Positions 53,480-64,000 of a DNA stretch of 64,000 bases are shown here, one piece after another. The DNA is taken from NCBI GenBank assembly GCA_965112155.1, contig OZ218109.1. One strand, 5' to 3'. Every line of letters starts with the position of its first letter. The first letter of the stretch is position 1. Position numbers and translations under genes: made by a program. The notes below the pieces were generated by a model. The model had not been told where the DNA came from. It searched no databases and saw nothing but the letters and a program-made list of their open reading frames with translations. Source of the DNA: Podarcis liolepis (lineage: Eukaryota).

Positions 53480-55460
53480 CAAAAAAGCGCACGTTGCCCA
53501 TACTCTTTTAAGCTCACGTCGAAGTGTTTTGATACTGCTCCGAATCTTTCCTTTCCTGCCTACTTTCACTACTAAGGGCGGAGGAAGGAAGGAAGGGCAG
53601 GCATTCACACAGGATGAGGAAGTAACGACTAGGGCGACACACGCAACTTACTCGTTCACACACAAGCATAGCCCCCCCCTCCAAAAGCACATGCCCGGCC
53701 GCCCCCAGCATCTTTGGAGGGGGGGTCCACCCATCTCCCTTTAACTAAAAAGGGCCCGCCTCCTTGAGTTTTAAGCATCCACGAACACAGCCAGCAACAG
53801 AGTTAACAGGAGGCAGGGGGAAGGGGGGAAGGCGACCCACTCCTGCAAGCAAGGAGGGGAAAGACGTGGATGGCGCACTCCATAAAGTGGTGACTTGTGA
53901 CGCGTGTGTGAGAGACAGAAAAGAGACATACGGGGGAGGAAAAAGAGACGCCTCCGAAAGCAGCCCCCCGGCCCTCTCTCTCTCTCTTTACCCCCCACCC
54001 CACCCCACCACCTCCCAAGAGAGGTTGGCCGAAGCAGGCCCGTCTCACTCACCTTGATGCACTGCGACATTGCAGCCATGCCCGTCGCAGTAAACCAGCG
54101 GATTCTCGGCCCAGCCCCTCTCGTCGGAGCAAACGCAGCAGCCGCCGATCATCTCCTTCATACTATTGGAGAACTCACCCTCCAGTGACACAGGCAGCAA
54201 CAACGGCTCGCTAGAGACCATCTAAGGGTTAAAAACACCGTCAGCACGACACCCCCCGGCACCGGAGAGACCCCGGCCGCCGCCGCCGCCGCCTCAGTTC
54301 TTGCCCCGCAGCACTCCGCCTTCAGTCGCTCAGCCACCGCCGCCGCCAGTACCGCCTCCATAGCAGGGACGTGGGACCCATGGCCGCTGGTGGCAGCGGC
54401 GGCGGCGGCGGCAGCAGCAGCAACAGCAACAGCCGAGCGGCGGATAAGGGGCTCCTTCCAAGTTCCTCGCTGGGCGCCGGCTCGGCCGGGCAGGTACCCA
54501 GTCCGTCTTGGGAGATCTCCAGCAAGGAATTAAGGGTTTGCTGGCAGCGGCAACAGTCCTGCGAGCCGCACGGACTGGGGGGGGGCGGAGGGAGAGAGAG
54601 AGAGACAGCAACGCGAAAAAGGCAACAGAAGCAGGGGCCTGCTGCACGCAGGCGCACTGCAACGCCTCCTCGGCGAAGGCCCCGCGACGCGGCAGCGGCA
54701 GCAGCCTTCGCTCTCTCGCTTTTCCTCCTCCTTTTCCCCCGCGGTGGCTCATGGGCCGACAGCGGAACACGAGCTCGCTGGGCGAAGTTCTGCGTCGCGC
54801 GCTGCCCTGCTGGCTCTCAACCGTTTTGTGTTGTTTTTTTGAGCGGGTGCCCAGTCAGAGCGTGCGCGTGACGGGGGCGGTAGAGGTGGGGGGGTGTCCC
54901 CTGAGGCGGAGGGCCAAGTGACAAATATATACACTCCCGCTGCCGGGCTCCTCCTGCCTTAAGGGACTCGTGCTCGCTCTTGTGCGTGTGTGTGTGGTGC
55001 TAGTGCCAGACTAGGCCCGGCCCGAGCCGTGCGCCTCCTCTCTTACACGTGTTAACTTATCATTACAACGATGGCATCACACACTCTTCTGCTCCCGAGG
55101 GATCCCAAGCGCCGCGCGCGCGTTTTTCGTCAGTCTCTATTTCCCGCAGGCCGCTGTGACACCTTGAGGAGCAGCGGGATTTATACTTTCCCGCTCCTCG
55201 CTCCGTCACACGCACCGCATCCTCTCTCGTGTGTTTACGAGGCCAGGCAGCTGAAACAGCTGGGCAGAGTCAAAAGCCTGAGTGAAACAAAAACGATTGC
55301 GATCACCTAGCCTGGCCCTAGAAATTTGATCAGTTTGGGATGGCGGGGGGGGGGTGCACGCACACATGCGACCTGCATTTCTTCTGCAACAGGCTCTTCT
55401 TTTGCATTTCAAGGGATGTTGAATTCCGTTTCTCTGTTCTTGGCTGATGCGGCGGGATTC
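53480..55460. promoter_or_regulatory. CpG island: promoter and 5' leader of MLLT10
   Basis: Abrupt switch to high GC and dense CpG around the first coding exon, with (GCC)n/(GGC)n runs, a GC box (ggggcgg at about 54873) and an NRF1-like cgcaggcgca (about 54647). The exact TSS and the non-coding exon 1 boundaries cannot be fixed from sequence. Confidence 0.9.
54053..54221 (-). CDS. MLLT10: MLLT10/AF10 first coding exon (169 nt): MVSSEPLLLPVSLEGEFSNSMKEMIGGCCVCSDERGWAENPLVYCDGHGCNVAVHQ(A)
   Basis: Manual translation matches the AF10 N-terminus and PHD1 start (MKEMIGGCCVCSDERGWAENPLVYCDG). The ATG is directly preceded by an acceptor-like ttttaacccttag, whose TAG is in frame. Donor G|gtgagt at 54052. 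The MVSS extension and IGG distinguish it from the paralog MLLT6. Confidence 0.96.
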
Positions 55461-57256
55461 CTCTCCCACCCTGATGATCCCAAACTCCTGGAACAGGAAT
55501 TCCTTTCAGGGGCACTTCCTTCCTGCTTTAAGGGTCCCCAGCCTCAATTTCGGATTGCTAGCTAATCCTTCTTCCAAAATTCCCCCCCTTAACTTGTTTG
55601 AATGTGCTGCATTTCCAATATATATCGTGTCTATGAACAAAGGGCACCGTGGCATCTAAAAATACTATTTTATGGCGACAAACTTTCCCAAGTACTCACT
55701 GGAATTCTTTGTTTTTATAGAAACAGCGTCTTAATCTCTCTGTGTGCACATACATACTACTTAGTCAAACTCTATTACCCTAGTTGCTATAAAACGGGTA
55801 ATATAGCTATATCCCTTTGGAATTCGGTTTCTCTTGCATCACTTTAGGTGCAAGGGCAGAACTGATACATTTCCAATTTTCTGTTTGGCTAACCTAGAGA
55901 CCACTGCACAAATCCTGCAGAAATGCTCATGTTCTCCTTACCTTCATCCTGGCCTCGCCATATCTTTTAGTACCATGCATGCAGAGGTCTTTCTGCATGG
56001 CTGTTGTTAAAACTAGAATTGAGCAGAATAGACAACACAACCAGGGAAAAGACAGGCTGCCTTATCCCTTTAGAAATATGCACCCCCCCCAAACTTGGAT
56101 GTTTTTGTTATCTAGATTAATTTAAAAGGACATGTTTTCTAGATTTTGATCAATTATTGTTGGTTTGCTTTTATCTCTTTCAAAAAGCAGAGTAAAAAAC
56201 GAGATGGTTCAGGTTATCAGAATCCCAAGCTTTTCAATTATCCACTGTAAGCAGGTAGGACTGCAGCAGAAGGAACTAATTGTGGCTACTGTTAAGACTG
56301 AAAGGAGATTAAATGCAGCTTTGCAAAATTCTCCTCCTCCACTAGCCCCAGGGCTGCTACTTTTGTGAAGGAGAAGGTGAAGGGAAAGCCTTACAAGTAA
56401 AATACCATTGATTTTCCCCTATTATCATGCTAAAGTGACTTTATGCATAGACTGGTAAAATTGTATGATTTTGCAAGACTGCATTATCGCCTGACATGAA
56501 GACAATTTAAATCAAGTGTACAGTATTAAACTATCTGTATTGTCCTAAAAGTGTGTGTGTGTGTGTGTTTTAGAAGTTGTGAAATAAAGAACAGTTTAAC
56601 ACATCTGCAGATATGTGGGCTTGTGAAGAGCTGCTGCTTAAAGAGAGAAGAGATGTGCCAAACTATTGTCCTTTGGGATATCAGAGCCTGCAGTTTATGA
56701 GAGGGATATCTTGGGTCAGTTTTTGCTGTCCTTGAAAGTCTGAAGTGAAATTTTCTAGATAGAGGAGGAAGGACAGGGAAAGGGAGTGGTGAGTGTCATT
56801 TCCTACAGAAGGCATAGCTGAGCACTTCGATTAACATAACAGGGTCATTGGGGTGTTTGTGATCTGCCAAATATTCAGCTGTATGCTGCATGGCAATATC
56901 CCCCCAAAGTCCAGTTTCAGCATTTTGAGACAAAAACTTTTGACATACCATACAAAAATGCTTCACAAAGTGCCTGTATTTCCATGTGCCTGCTACAGCA
57001 AAGAAAAAAATATGTAGAATGGAGAGTGATATTTAAAATCCTAGAGCCCAAGTACAAAAACATGTATTGCCTTTCATTCACGTGTATTATCTTTCAGTCC
57101 TTCAAAGATATGGAAATTAGAAGTATATTGTGTAATTTATTAATTTCCTTATGTTCTGAAAGCTACATTATTATTTAAATAAAAGTATTTAAAGAATTAG
57201 ATTCCACTTTAATAACTGTGTTCCTATCATACCAAACTACTGTTTTAACTAATTCA

Positions 57257-57475
57257 GACTTTAAAACCATACATGCTTACTTGGAAGTAAGCCCTACTAA
57301 AGACAGTGGGACTTACTGTAAGAAAAAAAAATATAGGATTGCACTGTCAACTCCATTGACCCATTTACACCTAAATGATTCAAAAACTAGCCTGTTCCTA
57401 TGCATATTTACTCATGTGTAAGCCTCGCTGTATTAAATGGGTCTTCCTTGAAAATGTAGATAGGGTTGCAGCTTT
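57257..57475. repeat. Two adjacent copies of an ancient ~85-bp palindromic (MITE-like) repeat
   Basis: Both follow the pattern cctatgcat.cttac..gaagtaagccc...tgggacttact...ataggattgca. Relatives lie at about 5825, 19170, 25645, 36050, 51940, 58700 and 59030. Confidence 0.55.
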
Positions 57476-59062
57476 AATTGAGTTGTGGATCTGAGTGAAG
57501 AGTATTTCAAAGCTATTTTTGCTTATTTCAGGAAAATGATATCTAAGTTCTAAAAAGTATTCCCAGTGATATTGTTAACCCCAGCATTAGAACTGTGGCC
57601 TAAATTGAACTCTAGTTTGTAGACAGTTTGTTGCTACCTTACAGACTAATTTAATTCTTGTTTCTTCATTGCCCTTTTCATTGGAAATTTACCATACACA
57701 TTATACGCCTTTTAATGGAGACCAAACAAAATGTTTTATTTAAACATAAATCATTCTTCATATTTATTCTTTTTTAATGGAGACCAAAAGAACTAAATAG
57801 ATACCAACCACTTCACTACAAAGTAGACCCAGAGTGACTGAAGCAGCATTATTCAACAAGTCAGTCTGCATCTACTAGGAACTATTGTGGGAGACTGAAT
57901 AAATACAGATAGGTGCACTGACAGATGGAGTTGGACTTTAAGGTAGCAAAGGGAGGGTGAATGTCAGGGATGCTGAGGACTTGGAACTTTCAAAATTAAG
58001 TAGCACCAAGGTTCTGTTGTTTAGCAAAGCATACAATGGACAAGAAACATAAGGGGTACAGTACTCTGGAAAAGTACATTGTAATAAAATTGCTGCCTAT
58101 GTTTCCTTCCAGTCTGTAAAAGCTTTGGACGTATTTTTTATTTTGAACACTATTAAACTTCATATAGTTCTACAGTTCATTTTTCACATTCAGTATCATT
58201 TAAAATTTGGCCCTTCCTAGAATGTAAAGCAATGTCAACTGAAAATCATGCTAAAAGAACTGCCCAAACTAAAATGTGTATGTTAGAAATGTATTTTGTA
58301 AAACCTTTGCATGCATTTTAAACAAATCTCTTTTTTTTAAGTATATATGCTGTATATTAACAGAATGATCAACATAAAACTTTGATTTTGGCACAAAACC
58401 CCCCAGGGTAAATTGTATTGCACTAATAATACATTAAACTTTATTTTAAATTGATTGTACTAACTTTAGTTTCATTTAAGGAATTGAAATATATAGACTG
58501 AAAGAGGGACTATGATGCTATTTTAAAACATTGCAGGGAACTTGATGACAAAATGTAGATAGCCTCTTGGTGGTTTTGTAAAACAATGCATTTGGAAAGA
58601 ACCATTGAAATGCAAAATAGGAAGAGAAAGGCTTTACGACAATGTACTACACACATAGTAAGCCATTAACATCCATATGATATGAATGTGGAAACCTTTT
58701 GCATCCTATTCCTAAGCACACTACTTGAGGCAAGTTTGAAATCAATGAGATTTACTTTCAAGTTACGGTTTTTAAGTTGGGGTGTTAGGGTGTGTTTTCA
58801 GGAATAGATGTAAAGGCTGATGATAGGGGGAAATGTTTTTGAATTCACAGCTTTTTCAGACCCAGAGATAGAAATATGCCTATTAGAAAAGGAAAACAGG
58901 CAAAGATTGAATTTTCAAAGATTGAAAAATTGGTGGTTTTTTAAAAGATACAATGTAGACAACAAATCAATCCACATATTTTAAAGGTACATGTAATTTT
59001 CTACTATTTTATAACTTTATTTGTTTTAAGCTGCAATCCTATGCACACTTACCTGGGAGTAG

Positions 59063-59239
59063 GTCAAAATAAAAAAATTCCTTCCAGTAGCACCTTAAAG
59101 ACCAACTAAGTTAGTTCTTGGTATGAGCTTTCGTGTGCATGCACACTACCAAGAACTAACTTAGTTGGTCTTTAAGGTGCTACTGGAAGGAATTTTTTTA
59201 TTTTGACTATGGCAGACCAACACGGCTACCTATCTGTAA
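59063..59239 (+). mobile_element. Penelope-like element terminal (pLTR) remnant with an inverted 5' segment and partial hammerhead core, nested in the palindromic repeat at 59030-59282
   Basis: Perfect 61-bp inverted arms (59063-59123 / 59147-59207). The loop carries gtgtgcatgcacac-gaaa-gctc on the minus strand. 3' extension cagaccaacacggctacc. Flanking 12-bp direct repeat ctgggagtaggt at 59053-59064 and 59240-59251. Confidence 0.8.
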
Positions 59240-61353
59240 CTGGGAGTAGGTGGCATTGAACTCCATTGGATGTACTTCTAGGGCTTCACGTTATTTGCTA
59301 TTATTTTCAATGGGAAAGACTTTTAAATGTTAGGGGTGGAAAGTAACGTACAAAAATGTTTTCAGCACTTTTAACGTCCTGTATCACCTAAATATTTAAA
59401 AATATTTTAAAAACAAGTAGCATCAACCTAAAATTCCAATTTCCTGAAATGCCCTTTATGTTTTGCATGTGGCAATAATTCTAAACATGGATTCAGTAAC
59501 ACATCCTGGGCTTGTTGACCAAAAGAGCCTGTATTACTTAATCACCTCTTTGTCACAATTAAATCAGGTGTAATTTTCTTATTACTCAATAAGAACGAGC
59601 ATGTGAGGTAAAACAGATATATAAAACCAAAACCAAAAAAAATCTCTTCAAACCCAAACATGTCTTTTTCATCCTATGTTGAAAACAATTAGGAGGGAAG
59701 GAGGGATAAATGGAGGAGGAATAGAAGAGTTGTGTCAGGGCTGTTTGTTTTTGAGGAGTGAGGTTAGGAATAGATGCTTGCCTAAAGCCCTTAAGAACAT
59801 GTTAAGATTTTAAAACTGAATCTTTGTCCAAACTTAAATTTTATACTTTACCCAAGCACAAAAAGCTATAATATTCATAAAATAATGTGCCTTTTAAAAG
59901 TTCTGAGAAAAAACTTAATAGACATTAAGTATCTTATTTGTGTTTATTTTTTTAAAAGCACACTTTCTTTACCTTCTTTGCTTGCTGAACTTGAATATAG
60001 CATTAATTTAAATGTTAATGATGCTATTTGTTTAATCCTAGGAAATGAAAGCATAATGGCCAGTCCAGTGTGGAGTGCGACACTTGTGATTTGACCCATA
60101 CACACTACTGCTATACAGTATTTAAAACTATAAGCTATAGTGGTCTGAATTCAGCAAATTATTTGCCCTTGCTCAGTTATGAAGAGCATAACATTTTGTC
60201 CATTTTTTTTACTCCCTGTGTTAATCCTGTTGTGTTCAGTACTTCAGTCCTAAAATCTACTTTCCAATTGGTTTAAACAGAACTTACTTTAAACAAAATG
60301 TGCTTGTAGAGTTTCTGAGTAAAGCTACACCAGTAAAAACATATATATTTTTATTTTGTGTGTGTGTGTGCATGTACACATAACCGCAGGAATATTTTGC
60401 AGCAATACAAATACCAGCTTATATGCAGTTCACCTTTCATCTGCATTTTTTAATGTATTTACACATTTTCCAATTTGTACATACAAGTTTTAAAGTCAGT
60501 TGTGTGCTGACCAAACTACCTATTAATGTAAGTATAACTTTGACTGTTAAAACTGTGATGGCATTGTTTGAATCTTTCTCAGAATCTAGCCAGTAAAACC
60601 ACTAATTTAACTGGGAAGTTGTTTTTAAAGCATCCATTATATTGTTTTAAATTGCACTATCACCTCAGGAGGCTTTGGGCAAATGCCACTTAACTAGGAG
60701 CACCAGTGGATGAAATAGTTGTTTTCCAAGTATTGCTTCCATTATGATAATGCTAGCATTTAATTGTTAATTTCAGCCTGAGATGTACTGTAAACATGAT
60801 GCAAAAGAGTGTTTTTTACATAAAACCCCTAGATTAAATATTCTAAGTAAATATTACAGCACAGGAATTTTTTTTAGCATGGTGGGTAAACATACCTTCA
60901 GTTTGAGAGGCCCAAGGTTTACATTTAAGAGCTAATTTATAAAGTTATTCATTGGAATATAGTTAAGTGCTACTTTCAGTTTATATACAAATATAATTTA
61001 TTATTAAAGGTTTTTTGAAAATTCACATTTAATATAATAATGCTGTACTAATCAGGGGAAAAGATAGTAAACTCTGAAGTTTAGATTTAATGTAATTTAA
61101 ATGTAATGCACTGATTTTCTCTGCAGTATCTCAATAAAGATTTGGAATTTTGCTGTAAATGGTTTGTTTTTGGCAGTAGGGATATTTGAAAATAGTCTTC
61201 CCCCTCATCCACACACACACCAAAAAGCACAAAAAACATTAAATATGAGCCTATATTTGAATAGAAATCAAAAGTTTATACTGGTTCATATTTTTGTCAG
61301 TACTCCAAGGTTGCATTTCCCCTTTTTATTCATGCTTGTTCTTCTATTAGAAA

Positions 61354-61395
61354 ACATCTTTAATTCCCTATCATACATCTTTAATTCCCTATCAT
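61354..61395. repeat. 21-bp perfect tandem duplication (acatctttaattccctatcat)x2
   Basis: Seen directly. Confidence 0.9.
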
Positions 61396-63439
61396 GCATC
61401 TAAACTATAAAGCTATTTCAGAATGACTGTTATCACCAGTTAAAAATTATCCATAGCAAAGGGAGGAAAGCAGTTTTGTTAGATATAAAAGCAACTTGCT
61501 ATACATGAAGCAGATCTCCAGTCAATATCAATTATGTGTCTGGTTTGGGCAGAATCATGTTTTTTATTTAAGGAGTTTTCTCCTCAAATGGGGGCTACTA
61601 CCTCCCAATCTCAAAAACACACCCAAGAATATGCTAATTAATTGTATTGTGTCTATGAATGGAGTAGCCAAATGCAACCATTAAAAAAAAATCTAACAAT
61701 GTGTGACGTTTCCTGTTACAGGACACACTTTTTTAATATTGATATTACAAACGTAAGGGCACAGACGATCCATGTACTAATTTTAAACCATTAAAAACCA
61801 CCTACTAAACACAGAGAAAAGCTAACATGACCGCATAGGCGGGGAGTATCTTGGGAAGCTTAACATTCCGAGCGAATTAAGGGCACAAGCCTCGGATCAC
61901 TTTTTGTCAGTCTCACTGTGGCACTTCAGAGTCGGAATGTGATTTTTTTACATCGTGCTACTCTCATTTTTTTTTAAAAAAATTACCCATTTGGCAAGAA
62001 AGAAGATGGGAGAAATGTTTCTATTTCGGAAACAAGAAAAGTAGTATGCAACACTGAGGAAAAACCAGACATGCTATTTATCCTGTTCCTTCAGCTGTAT
62101 TTTTTCTTCTGTAATACAGATTTGATTTTAAAATCCCTGTATATGTATTGCCTTATATAAATTATGTGTGCATCTGAAGGCCTTCTCACATATATATTTC
62201 AATAGTATTCTAATTATTTGTTACTAAGGATCCATGATCATTAAAGATTACAACCGCCAATATATTTTTAACTATGGTGATGTCTCAAAATATGGGAATT
62301 TTAAACTCTGAAATTATTTTCAAAGTGAGATTTGCCTTATTCTTCTGCATTGGCATTTACTATCTAAAGGCTCCAGAGACAGCAAGTTTTACAAAGAAAA
62401 GGAATAAACACAAACGTATTTCAACCCTGTCTCCAGGAAAGCTACCAACAGTTTTCTGCTCCATGGTGTCCAGAAATACAGCCCTGTTGAGTGCTTTACT
62501 GAAGTTCAGAACTTCAATAAATTCCATTTCCCCCCAGAGAACATGGAAATACAATATTTAGAAATTATTCTAATCCGCCTTTTAAAATTCCCTCAAGTTG
62601 CATGAAACAATACTACTGTATTGCTAAGAAGCTATTTTACCAGAAAAATAGTTTCAAGTCTATGTGTATATATACATTTAAAAAGAATGTAGACACGCTT
62701 ACCTCCCCCTATCTAACAAGGCTGGTCGAGTAAACAGTACCCCAGGCGCAACATTTAAAAACAATGTATTATAGACACTTGTTGGATTTTTTTTTTAAGA
62801 CAAGGTTAAGCAGTTTATTTTCCTTCAAGTAATTAAAATGACCAAAATCAACTCAAATTAATTGAATTGTTTTTAAGGACAAATGCATTTAGTTTTTGTT
62901 TTTACTTTTTAAAGAGAAACACTTCAGAAGGAACAGGCCTTTCGTTTTAAGAACTTTTATTTTTGCCAGCCTCTGAAAGGAAGAAGACACGGTTTTTCCA
63001 ACTTCAGCAACGATTTTTTTAAAAAAAAGAACCCGCTTTTTTCCGAACCCACTCTCCCTTTAGCTCCCTCTTCGTAAAATCTAATTATTTCAGCATTTAG
63101 TGTTTTTCCTCCTCGAGTTGTTTCCTGCCCCTTCCCCCCCTTCCCTCTCGAAAAGTCCTGTTCTAAAAATTCACCGCTGAACAGATGTTTCCCTTTGTAT
63201 CAGGCGAGCTTTTTCTCCCTGGTGGGGTCTTTTACCTTCGGTGAGCTATAAAGCCCAGTGAATAAAACAGCAGCACTAGAGGAAAACAAGGAAGAATAAG
63301 GAAAGAGATGGAAAAAAAGTCCTCTCTACTCATGGACCAGATAAAACTGCTGGAAACCGGGAGGGAAGAGCATTGCAAACTCCAACCGTACTCCTTCCAC
63401 ACACACCCCAACAATAAAATAAAATAAAATAGTGCTTGG

Positions 63440-64000
63440 GGAAGCTGAACCCAAAAAGCTGCTCAAGCAGAAGCTCGTCCCTTTTTCCTTCACAGCTGCG
63501 GCGAGAAAACAAGGGGAGCCTTCGCGCGAAGAAGGGCGGCAGCGGTGGCTTCCCTACGAGCAATGGGGGGAAAGGAGCCGCGGCTCCCCTTCCTCTCCCC
63601 TCACGGAGGCCGGCCTACCCCGCTCGCTGCTGCCCCGGCCCGCCTGCTGCAACCGAGCACCTTCCCTCCAACTGCACTTCCTGCCTGAATGAGGCCTCAG
63701 CTCCCCGGCGGCAGCTGCTACCGCCTTTCGCAGCTTCCCCTCCCGCCGCCGCCGGCAGCCCCTTTCCTTCCCCCCCCCTCCGCCCCCCAGATCTCGTCAG
63801 GCGGCCTCCCAGCTCCCCCTGCGCTCTCTCGGCGTCCCTCTCGGCTTCTTTCGTGGGGCCCAGCCCCTTCTGCTCCTGTGGCTACAGGCAAGCAGGCCGG
63901 CCGGCCGGCCTGTAGTTAGTAGGCCCGGCTGCGAGCCTGGCTGGGCTTCTTCTTCCCTCAGGAGGAGCAGCTCCTTCTCTGAGCCCTCCTGCCAGCCAGG
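63440..64000. promoter_or_regulatory. Second CpG island (runs off the window), probably the promoter/5' end of the divergent neighbour SKIDA1
   Basis: The GC/CpG-rich block is seen directly. The gene identity is inferred only from the known head-to-head SKIDA1-MLLT10 arrangement in vertebrates. No SKIDA1 coding sequence is visible here. Confidence 0.65.

Noticed and set aside
54431-54495. ttcctcgctgggcgccggct resembles the HDV ribozyme L3/P1 region
   Set aside because: No P3 helix can be formed around the loop, and no P2/P4 arrangement is evident. Likely chance similarity in GC-rich DNA.
53208-54934. Long ORFs in the promoter region (178, 166, 146, 137 and 111 aa), and the ORF 53771..54079 starting MAAMSQCIK
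   Set aside because: These are by-products of a GC-rich, stop-poor CpG island with low-complexity translations. MAAMSQCIK is an alternative frame of the true MLLT10 exon running into the intron.
63432-63919. 159-aa and other plus-strand ORFs in the distal CpG island as SKIDA1 coding sequence
   Set aside because: Pro/Ser/Ala-rich GC artefacts with no SKI/DACH-domain similarity.
1-64000. CRISPR arrays, operons or prokaryotic defence systems
   Set aside because: The window is vertebrate exon/intron DNA. No regularly spaced repeat-spacer array or dense ORF cluster is present.

Overview
Eukaryotic, AT-rich vertebrate DNA. The repeat content (Sauria SINEs, CR1, RTE, L2-type tails, Penelope-type remnant) points to a squamate reptile, probably a lacertid lizard. 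The window is dominated by the 5' part of MLLT10 (AF10, the DOT1L cofactor) on the minus strand. Eight coding exons with canonical AG/GT borders and consistent phases (54221-54053, 46652-46573, 45205-45151, 34066-33957, 28201-28098, 27247-27154, 21185-21090, 6834-6739; 804 nt, 268 codons) encode the PZP (PHD-Zn knuckle-PHD) domain and the following K/H-rich segment. The gene continues beyond position 1. Its promoter is a CpG island at about 53.5-55.5 kb. A second CpG island starts at about 63.4 kb and, by vertebrate synteny, is probably the 5' end of the divergent neighbour SKIDA1. The remainder is intron or intergenic DNA with SINEs, LINE fragments and MITEs. Nearly all entries in the ORF track are spurious. 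I found no multi-gene novel system. The best leads are: (1) a perfect 61-bp fold-back Penelope-type insertion carrying half a hammerhead ribozyme, whose direct arm starts at the predicted cleavage site; (2) a possible intron-retention/uORF switch at the MLLT10 start; (3) CpG-retaining intronic and intergenic candidate regulatory elements; (4) a candidate poison exon; (5) a local templated duplication straddling exon 4.
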